A stretch of 64,000 nucleotides of DNA from Eledone cirrhosa (Eukaryota). The position numbers and the translations under genes are program-made. The DNA lies in assembly GCA_964016885.1 (NCBI GenBank), contig OZ024741.1:245644001-245708000 (forward strand). The letters are read 5' to 3'. Within the stretch, counting starts at the first letter, position 1. Each line of letters opens with the position of its first letter. Below, one piece after another: positions 53,901 through 64,000 of this stretch. A model generated the notes under the pieces. That model saw only the letters and a list, made by a program, of their open reading frames with translations, made no database searches and was not told where the DNA came from.

Positions 53901-56900
53901 GGAAATTATCTCCCCTTGATTTTTTTACAAATTATCTCCCCCTGATTTTTTTTTTACAAATTATCTCCCCCTGATTTTTTTTTACAAATTATCTACCCCT
54001 GATTTTTTTTTACAAATTATCTCCCCCTGATTTTTTTTTACAAATTATCTACCCCTGATTTTTTTTACAAATTATCTCCCCCTGATTTTTTTTACAAATT
54101 ATCTCCCCCTGATTTTTTTTTACAAATTATCTCCCCCTGATTTTTTTACAAATTATCTCCCCCTGATTTTTTTTACAAATTATCTCCGCCGGATTTTTTT
54201 AAATATTATCTTCCCTTGGCTTGCGGGAAATTATCTCCCCTTGGACAGCTGAAAATTATCTCCCCTTGGACGGCTGGAAATTATCTCCCCTTGGCTGGAA
54301 ATTATCTCCCCTTGGACGGCTAAAAATTATCTCTCTTTGGACGGCTGGAAATTATCACCCCTTGAGTTTTTTACAAATTATCTCCCCCTGATTTTTTTTA
54401 CAAATCTCCCAGTGATTTTTAAAAAAAAATTATCTTCCCTTCGCTGGCTGGAAATTATCTCCCCTTGGACGCTGGAAATTATAGCCCCTTGGAGGGCTGG
54501 AAATTATCTTCCCTTGGACGGCTGGAAATTATCTCCCCTTGATTTTTTTTACAAATTATCTCCCCCTGATTTTTTTTTACAAATTATCTCCCCCTGATTT
54601 TTTTTTACAACTTATCTGCGCCTGATTTTTTTTAAAAAATTATCTCCCCTTGGACGGCTGGAAATTATCTCCCCTTGGACGGCTGGAAATTATCTCTCCT
54701 TGGACGGCTAGAATTTACCTCTCCTTGGACGGCTGAAAATTATCTCCCCTTGGACGGCTGGAAATTATCTCCCCTTGATTTTTTTTACAAATTATCTCCC
54801 CCTGATTTTTTTTTACAAATTATCTCCCCCTGATTTTTTTTTACAAATTATCTCCCCCTGATTTTTTTTTACAAATTATCTCCCCCTGATTTTTTTTACA
54901 AATTATCTCCCCCTGATTTTTTTTTACAAATTATCTCCCCCTGATTTTTTTTTACAAATTATCTCCCCCTGATTTTTTTTTACAAATTATCTCCCCCTAA
55001 TTTTTTTTTACAAATTATCTCCCCCTGATTTTTTTTTACAAATTATCTCCCCCTGATTTTTTTTTACAAATTATCTCCGCCTGATTTTTTTAAATATTAT
55101 CTTCCCTTGGCTGGCGGGAAATTATCTCCCCTTGGACGGCTGAAAATTATCTCCCCTTGGACGGCTGGAAATTATCTCCCCTTGATTTTTTTTACAAATT
55201 ATCTCCCCCTGATTTTTTTTTACAAATTATCTCCCCCTGATTTTTTTACAAATTATCTCCCCCTGATTTTTTTTTACAAATTATCTCCCCCTGATTTTTT
55301 TTACAAATTATCTCCCTCTGATTTTTTTACAAATTATCTCCCCTTGGCTGGCTGGAAATTATCTCCCCTTGGACGGCTAGAAATTACCTCTCCTTGGACG
55401 GCTGGAAAATATGTCTCCTTGGACGGCTGGATATTATCTCCCCTTGGACGGCTGGAAATTATCTCCCCTTGGACGGCTGGAAATTATCTCCCCTTGGACG
55501 GATAGATATTACCTCCCCTTGGACGGCTGGAAATTATCTCCCCTTGATTTTTTTACAAATTATCTCCCCCTGATTTATTTTACAAATCTCCCAATGATTT
55601 AAAAAAAAAAATTATCTCCCCTTCGCTGGCTGGAAATTATCTCCCCTTGGACGCTGGAAATTATAGCCCCTTGGAGGGCTGGAAATTATCTTCCCTTGGA
55701 CGGCTGGAAATTATCTCCCATTGATTTTTTTTACAAATTATCTCCCCCTGATTTTTTTTTACAAATTATCTCCCCCTGATTTTTTTTACAAATTATCTAC
55801 CCCTGATTTTTTTTACAAATTATCTCCCCCTGATTTTTTTTTACAAATTATCTCCCCCTGATTTTTTTTTACAAATTATGTCCCCCTGATTTTTTTACAA
55901 ATTATCTCCCCCTGATTTTTTTTACAATCTCCGCCTGATTTTTTTAAAAATTATCTTCCGTTAGCTGCCTGGAAATTATCTCCCCTTGGACACTGGAAAT
56001 TATAGCCCCTTGGAGGGCTGGAAATTATCTTCCCTTGGACGGCTGGAAATTATCTCCCCTTGATTTTTTTTACAAATTATCTCCGCCTGATTTTTTTTTA
56101 CAAATTATCTCCCCCTGATTTTTCTTTTACAAATTATCTCCCCCTGATTTTTTTACAAATTATCTCCCCCTGATTTTTTTTACAAATTATCTCCGCCTGA
56201 TTTTTTTAAATATTATCTTCCCTTGGCTGGCGGGAAATTATCTCCCCTTGGACGGCTGGAAATTATCTGCCCTTGATTTTCTTTTTACAAATTATCTTCC
56301 ACTGATTTTTTTTACAAATTATCTCCACCTGATTTTTTAAAAAATTATCTCCCCTTGGAAGGCTGGAAATTATCTCCCCTTGGACGGCTAGAATTTACCT
56401 CTCCTTGGACGGCTGAAAATTATCTCCCCTTGGACGGCTGGAAATTATCTCCCCTTGATTTTTTTTACAAATTATCTCCCCCTGATTTTTTTTTACAAAT
56501 TATCTCCCCCTGATTTTTTTTTACAAATTATCTCCCCCTGATTTTTTTTACAAATTATCTCCCCCTGATTTTTTTTTACAAATTATCTCCCCCTGATTTT
56601 TTTTTACAAATTATCTCCCCCTGATTTTTTTTTACAAATTATCTCCCCCTAATTTTTTTTTACAAATTATCTCCCCCTGATTTTTTTTTACAAATTATCT
56701 CCCCCTGATTTTTTTTTACAAATTATCTCCGCCTGATTTTTTTTTAAAAATTACCTCCCCTTGGACGGCTGGAAATTATCTCCCCTTGGACGGCTGGAAA
56801 TTATCTCCCCTTGGACGGCTAGAAATTATCTCTCCTTGGACGGCTGAAAATTATCTCCCCTTGGACGGCTGCAAATTATCTCCCCTTGATTTTTTTTACA

Positions 56901-59900
56901 AATTATCTCCCCCTGATTTTTTTTACAAATTATCTCCCCCTGATTTTTTTTACAAATTATCTACCCCTGATTTTTTTTACAAATTATCTCCCCCTGATTT
57001 TTTTTTACAAATTATCTCCCCCTGATTTTTTTTTACAAATTATCTCCCCCTGATTTTTCTTTTACAAACTATCTCCCCCTGATTTTTTTACAAAGTATCT
57101 CCCCCTGATTTTTTTTACAATCTCCGCCTGATTTTTTTAAAAATTATCTTCCCTTGGCTGGCGGGAAATTATCTCCCCTTGGACGGCTGGAAATTATCTC
57201 CCCTTGGAAGGATGGAAATTATCTCCCCTTGGACGGCTGGAAATTATCTCCCCTTGCACGGCTGGAAATTATCTCCCCTTGGACGGCTAGAAATTATCTC
57301 TCTTTGGACGGCTGGAAATTATCTCCCTTTGATTTTTTTTACAAATTATCTCCCTCTGATTTTTTTTACAAATCTCCCCCTGATTTTTTAAAAAAAATTA
57401 TCTCCCCTTCGCTGGCTGGAAATTATCTCCCCTTGGACACTGGAAATTATAGCCCCTTGGAGGGCCGGAAATTATCTTCCCTTGGACGGCTGGAAATTAT
57501 CTCCCACTGATTTTTTTTACAAATTATCTCCGCCTTATTTTTTTAAAAAATTATCTCTCCTTGGACGGCTGGAAATTATCTCCCCTTGATTTTTTTTACA
57601 AATAATCTCCCCCTGATTTTTTTTTACAAATTATCTCCCCCTGATTTTTTTTTACAAATTATCTACCCCTGATTTTTTTTTACAAATTATCTCCCCCTGA
57701 TTTTTTTTACGAATTATCTCCCTCTGATTTTTCTTTTACAAATTATCTCCCCCTGATTTTTTTTACAAATTATCTCCGCCTGATTTTTTTAAATATTATC
57801 TTCCCTTGGCTGGCGGGAAATTATCTCCCCTTGGACGGCTGGAAATTATCTGCCCTTGATTTTCTTTTTACAAATTATCTTCCACTGATTTTTTTTACAA
57901 ATTATCTCCACCTGATTTTTTAAAAAATTATCTCCCCTTGGAAGGCTGGAAATTATCTCCCCTTGGCTGGAAATTATCTCCCCTTGGACGGCTAGAAATT
58001 ATCTCTCTTTGTACGGCTGGAAATTATCACCCCTTGAGTTTTTTACAAATTATCTCCCCCTGATATTTTTTACAAATCTCCCAGTGTTTTTTAAAAAAAA
58101 TTATCTCCCCTTCGCTGGCTGGAAATTATCTCCCCTTGGACGCTGGAAATTATAGCCCCTTGGAGGGCTGGAAATTATCTTCCCTTGGACGGCTGGAAAT
58201 TATCTCCCCTTGGACGGCTGGAAATTATCTCTCCTTGGACGGCTAGAATTTACCTCTCCTTGGACGGCTGAAAATTATCTCCCCTTGGACGGCTGGAAAT
58301 TATCTCCCCTTGATTTTTTTTACAAATTATCTCCCCCTGATTTTTTTTTACAAATTATCTCCCCCTGATTTTTTTTTACAAATTATCTCCCCCTGATTTT
58401 TTTTTACAAATTATCTCCCCCTGATTTTTTTTACAAATTATCTCCCCCTGATTTTTTTACAAATTATCTCCCCTTGGCTGGCTGGAAATTATCTCCCCTT
58501 GGAGGCTGGAACTTATGTCCCCTTGGACGGCTAGAAATTACCTCTCCTTGGACGGCTGGAAAATATGTCTCCTTGGACGGCTGGATATTATCTCCCCTTG
58601 GACGGCTGGAAATTATCTCCCCTTGGACGGCTGGAAATTATCTCCCCTTGGATGGCTAGATATTACCTCCCCTTGGACGGCTGGAAATTATCTCCCCTTG
58701 ATTTTTTTTACAAATTATCTCCCCCTGATTTTTTTTTACAAATTATCTCCCCCTGATTTTTTTTTACAAATTATCTCCCCCTGATTTTTGTTTACAAATT
58801 ATCTCCGCCTGGTTTTTTTTTTAAATTATCTCCCCTTGGACGGCTGGAAATTATCTCCCCTTGGACGGCTAGAAATTACCTCTCCTTGGACGGCTGAAAA
58901 TTATCTCCCCTTGGACGGCTGGAAATTATCTCCCCTTGATTTTTTTACAAATTATCTCCCCCTGATTTTTTTTTTACAAATTATCTCCCCCTGATTTTTT
59001 TTTTACAAATTATCTCCCCCTGATTTTTTTTTACAAATTATCTACCCCTGATTTTTTTTACAAATTATCTCCCCCTGATTTTTTTTACAAATTATCTCCC
59101 CCTGATTTTTTTTTACAAATTATCTCCCCCTGATTTTTTTACAAATTATCTCCCCCTGATTTTTTTTACAAATTATCTCCGCCTGATTTTTTTAAATATT
59201 ATCTTCCCTTGGCTGGCGGGAAATTATCTCCCCTTGGACGGCTGAAAATTATCTCCCCTTGGACGGCTGGAAATTATCTCCCCTTGATTTTTTTTACAAA
59301 TTATCTCCCCCTGATTTTTTTTTACAAATTATCTCCCCCTGATTTTTTTACAAATTATCTCCCCCTGATTTTTTTTTACAAATTATCTCCCCCTGATTTT
59401 TTTTACAAATTATCTCCCTCTGATTTTTTTACAAATTATCTCCCCTTGGCTGGCTGGAAATTATCTCCCCTTGGACGGCTAGAAATTACCTCTCCTTGGA
59501 CGGCTGGAAAATATGTCTCCTTGGACGGCTGGATATTATCTCCCCTTGGACGGCTGGAAATTATCTCCCCTTGGACGGCTGGAAATTATCTCCCCTTGGA
59601 CGGATAGATATTACCTCCCCTTGGACGGCTGGAAATTATCTCCCCTTGATTTTTTTACAAATTATCTCCCCCTGATTTATTTTACAAATCTCCCAATGAT
59701 TTAAAAAAAAAAATTATCTCCCCTTCGCTGGCTGGAAATTATCTCCCCTTGGACGCTGGAAATTATAGCCCCTTGGAGGGCTGGAAATTATCTTCCCTTG
59801 GACGGCTGGAAATTATCTCCCATTGATTTTTTTTACAAATTATCTCCCCCTGATTTTTTTTTACAAATTATCTCCCCCTGATTTTTTTTACAAATTATCT

Positions 59901-62900
59901 ACCCCTGATTTTTTTTACAAATTATCTCCCCCTGATTTTTTTTTACAAATTATCTCCCCCTGATTTTTTTTTACAAATTATGTCCCCCTGATTTTTTTAC
60001 AAATTATCTCCCCCTGATTTTTTTTACAATCTCCGCCTGATTTTTTTAAAAATTATCTTCCGTTAGCTGCCTGGAAATTATCTCCCCTTGGACACTGGAA
60101 ATTATAGCCCCTTGGAGGGCTGGAAATTATCTTCCCTTGGACGGCTGGAAATTATCTCCCCTTGATTTTTTTTACAAATTATCTCCGCCTGATTTTTTTT
60201 TACAAATTATCTCCCCCTGATTTTTCTTTTACAAATTATCTCCCCCTGATTTTTTTACAAATTATCTCCCCCTGATTTTTTTTACAAATTATCTCCGCCT
60301 GATTTTTTTAAATATTATCTTCCCTTGGCTGGCGGGAAATTATCTCCCCTTGGACGGCTGGAAATTATCTGCCCTTGATTTTCTTTTTACAAATTATCTT
60401 CCACTGATTTTTTTTACAAATTATCTCCACCTGATTTTTTAAAAAATTATCTCCCCTTGGAAGGCTGGAAATTATCTCCCCTTGGACGGCTAGAAATTAT
60501 CTCTCCTTGGACGGCTGAAAATTATCTCCCCTTGGACGGCTGCAAATTATCTCCCCTTGATTTTTTTTACAAATTATCTCCCCCTGATTTTTTTTACAAA
60601 TTATCTCCCCCTAATTTTTTTTACAAATTATCTACCCCTGATTTTTTTTACAAATTATCTCCCCCTGATTTTTTTTTACAAATTATCTCCTCCTGATTTT
60701 TTTTTACAAATTATCTCCCCCTGATTTTTTTTTTACAAATTATCTCCCCCTGATTTTTTTACAAATTATCTCCCCCTGATTTTTTTTACAATCTCCGCCT
60801 GATTTTTTTAAAAATTATCTTCCCTTGGCTGGCGGGAAATTATCTCCCCTTGGACGGCTGGAAATTATCTCCCCTTGGAAGGATGGAAATTATCTCCCCT
60901 TGGACGGCTGGAAATTATCTCCCCTTGCACGGCTGGAAATTATCTCCCCTTGGCTGGAAATTATCTCCCCTTGGACGGCTAGAAATTATCTCTCTTTGGA
61001 CGGCTGGAAATTATCTCCCTTTGATTTTTTTTACAAATTATCTCCCTCTGATTTTTTTTACAAATCTCCCCCTGATTTTTTTAAAAAAATTATCTCCCCT
61101 TCGCTGGCTGGAAATTATCTTCCCTTGGACGGCTGGAAATTATCTCCCCTTGATTTTTTTTACAAATTATCTCCGCCTGATTTTTTTTAAAAATTATCTC
61201 TCCTTAGACGGCTGGAAATTATCTCCCCTTGATTTTTTTTACAAATAATCTCCCCCTGATTTTTTTTTACAAATTATCTCCCCCTGATTTTTTTTTACAA
61301 ATTATCTACCCCTGATTTTTTTTTACAAATTATCTCCCCCTGATTTTTTTTACAAATTATCTCCCCCTGATTTTTCTTTTACAAATTATCTCCCCCTGAT
61401 TTTTTTACAAATTATCTCCCCCTGATTTTTTTTACAAATTGTCTCTGCCTGATTTTTTTAAATATTATCTTCCCGTGGCTGGCGGGAAATTACCTCCCCT
61501 TGGACGGCTGGAAATTATCTGTCCTTGATTTTCTTTTTACAAATTATCTTCCACTGATTTTTTTTACAAATTATCTCCACCTGATTTTTTAAAAAATTAT
61601 CTCCCCTTGGAAGGCTGGAAATCATCTCCCCTTGGCTGGAAATTATCTCCCCTTGGACGGCTAGAAATTATCTCTCTTTGGACGGCTGGAAATTATCACC
61701 CCTTGAGTTTTTTACAAATTATCTCCCCCTGATTTTTTTTACAAATCTCCCAGTGATTTTTAAAAAAAAATTATCTCCCCTTCGCTGGCTGGAAATTATC
61801 TCCCCTTGGACGCTGGAAATTATAGCCCCTTGGAGGGCTGGAAATTATCTTCCCTTGGACGGCTGGAAATTATCTCCCCTTGATTTTTTTTACAAATTAT
61901 CTCCCCCTGATTTTTTTTTACAAATTATCTCCCCCTGATTTTTTTTTACAACTTATCTGCGCCTGATTTTTTTAAAAAAATTATCTCCCCTTGGACGGCT
62001 GGAAATTATCTCTCCTTGGACGGCTAGAATTTACCTCTCCTTGGACGGCTGAAAATTATCTCCCCTTGGACGGCTGGAAATTATCTCCCCTTGATTTTTT
62101 TTACAAATTATCTCCCCCTGATTTTTTTTTACAAATTATCTCCCACAGATTTTTTTTTTACAAATTATCTCCCCCTGATTTTTTTTTACAAATTATCTCC
62201 CCCTGATTTTTTTACAAATTATCTCCCCTTGGCTGGCTGGAAATTATCTCCCCTTGGAGGCTGGAACTTATCTCCCCTTGGACGGCTAGAAATTACCTCT
62301 CCTTGGACGGCTGGAAAATATGTCTCCTTGGACGGCTGGATATTATCTCCCCTTGGACGGCTGGAAATTATCTCCCCTTGGACGGCTGGAAATTATCTCC
62401 CCTTGGATGGCTAGATATTACCTCCCCTTGGACGGCTGGAAATTATCTCCCCTTGATTTTTTTTACAAATTATCTCCCCCTGATTTTTTTTTACAAATTA
62501 TCTCCCCCTGATTTTTTTTTACAAATTATCTCCCCCTGATTTTTGTTTACAAATTATCTCCGCCTGATTTTTTTTTTAAAATTATCTCCCCTTGGACGGC
62601 TGGAAATTATCTCCCCTTGGACGGCTAGAAATTACCTCTCCTTGGACGGCTGAAAATTATCTCCCCTTGGACGGCTGGAAATTATCTCCCCTTGATTTTT
62701 TTACAAATTATCTCCCCCTGATTTTTTTTTTACAAATTATCTCCCCCTGATTTTTTTTTTACAAATTATCTCCCCCTAATTTTTTTTTACAAATTATCTC
62801 CCCCTGATTTTTTTTACAAATTATCTCCCCCCTGATTTTTTTACAAATTATCTCCCCTTGGCTGGCTGGAAATTATCTCCCCTTGGAGGCTGGAACTTAT

Positions 62901-64000
62901 CTCCCCTTGGACGGCTAGAAATTACCTCTCCTTGGACGGCTGGAAAATATGTCTCCTTGGACGGCTGGATATTATCTCCCCTTGGACGGCTGGAAATTAT
63001 CTCCCCTTGGACGGCTGGAAATTATCTCCCCTTGGATGGCTAGATATTACCTCCCCTTGGACGGCTGGAAATTATCTCCCCTTGATTTTTTTTACAAATT
63101 ATCTCCCCCTAATTTTTTTTTACAAATTATCTCCCCCTGATTTTTTTAAAAAAATTATCTCCCCCTGATTTTTGTTTACAAATTATCTCCGCCTGATTTT
63201 TTAAAAAAAATTATCTCCCCTTGGACGGCTGGAAATTATCTCCCCTTGGACGGCTGGAAATTATATCTCCTTGGACGGCTAGAATTTACCTCTCCTTGGA
63301 CGGCTGAAAATTAACTCCCCTTGGACGGCTGGAAATTATCTCCCCTTGATTTTTTTACAAATTATCTCCCCCTGATTTTTTTTTACAAATTATCTCCCCC
63401 TGATTTTTTTTTACAAATTATCTCCCCCTGATTTTTTTTTACAAATTATCTCCCCCTGATTTTTTTACAAATTATCTCACCTTGGCTGGCTGGAAATTAT
63501 CTCCCCTTGGAGGCTGGAACTTATCTCCCCTTGGACGGCTAGAAATTACCTCTCCTTGGACGGCTGGAAAATATGTCTCCTTGGACGGCTGGATATTATC
63601 TCCCCTTGGACGGCTGGAAATTATCTCCCCTTGGACGGCTGGAAATTATCTCCCCTTGGATGGCTAGATATTACCTCCCCTTGGACGGCTGGAAATTATC
63701 TCCCCTTGATTTTGTTTACAAATTATCTCCCCCTGATTTTTTTTTACAAATTATCTCCCCCTGATTTTTTTTTACAAATTATCTCCCCCTGATTTTTGTT
63801 TACAAATTATCTCCGCCTGATTTTTTTTTTTAAATTATCTCCCCTTGGACGGCTGGAAATTATCTCCCCTCGGACGGCTAGAAATTACCTCTCCTTGGAC
63901 GGCTGAAAATTATCTCCCCTTGGACGGCTGGAAATTATCTCCCCTTGATTTTTTTACAAATTATCTCCCCCTGATTTTTTTTTTACAAATTATCTCCCCC
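44970..64000 (+). repeat. ~27.1 kb higher-order unit, copy 2 (carries a 2,450-bp internal deletion; truncated by the window end)
   Basis: Colinear with 17862-39343. Rare variants match, e.g. GAATTTAGCTCTCC, CCCGTTGGAC, TTCCGTTAGCTGCC, CCCACAGA and CCCTCGGACGG. Confidence 0.9.

Larger units (their letters stand above)
1..64000. repeat. Composite two-monomer tandem satellite array (A: AAATTATCTCCCCTTGGACGGCTGG, 25 bp; B: AAATTATCTCCCCCTGA(T)7-11AC, ~26-29 bp)
   Basis: Both monomers, head-to-tail and in one orientation, run from the first to the last base. I saw no unique sequence or inversion. The array runs off both window ends. Confidence 0.98.

Noticed and set aside
486-63792. Numerous short + strand ORFs with repetitive peptides (KLSPPDFFY, WTAGNYLPLDG, LEIISP)
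   Set aside because: Monomer A has no + strand stop codon in any frame and supplies TTG starts, and 27-bp B monomers stay in frame. The ORFs overlap in all three frames and break whenever T-tract length changes. The minus strand carries TAA in every core. They are repeat artefacts.
1-64000. CRISPR-like layout (constant repeat plus variable spacer)
   Set aside because: The constant part is only 13 bp, the 'spacers' are 12-16 bp of just two recurring types and are not unique, and there is no leader or cas gene.
1-64000. Programmed-frameshift, phase-variable or RNA-editing cryptogene based on T-tract lengths
   Set aside because: There is no non-repetitive coding flank, promoter or frame preference. 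T7-T11 variation is expected from slippage and is copied passively in duplications.
1-64000. Telomerase-synthesised telomeric repeat (25-bp yeast-like unit, C-rich strand)
   Set aside because: Two monomer types, inherited variant cassettes and multi-kb duplications indicate recombinational amplification, not templated addition. A subtelomeric or recombination-maintained terminal location is not excluded.
1-64000. Embedded transposon, inversion or unique insertion
   Set aside because: No reverse-complement monomers (GGGGAGATAATTT) or non-satellite sequence were seen on the + strand by eye.
1-64000. Purely artefactual low-complexity assembly
   Set aside because: Rare variants recur in consistent hierarchical order and duplicated copies differ by discrete substitutions and whole-monomer indels, as expected of a real satellite. 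Individual large duplications still need read support.

Overview
The whole 64 kb window is one uninterrupted, single-orientation tandem satellite array, most likely eukaryotic heterochromatin (the organism cannot be identified from the sequence). I found no credible genes, RNA genes, transposons or CRISPR array. The array is composite: two monomers share a 13-bp core, AAATTATCTCCCC. Type A is core+TTGGACGGCTGG (25 bp). Type B is core+CTGA(T)7-11AC (mostly 26-29 bp). There are roughly 2,400 monomers (64,000/~26.5), arranged as alternating A-blocks and B-blocks with stereotyped junction monomers and recurring ordered variant cassettes. Nested duplications are superimposed: ~174 bp, ~624 bp, 2,418/3,972 bp, 4,130 bp, ~7,020 bp, ~27.1 kb and a possible older ~40 kb relationship. 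Several junctions can be ordered in time. All ORFs in the track are translation artefacts of the repeat. Offsets come from matching ORF-track coordinates and were spot-checked by eye against rare variants; block boundaries are approximate.
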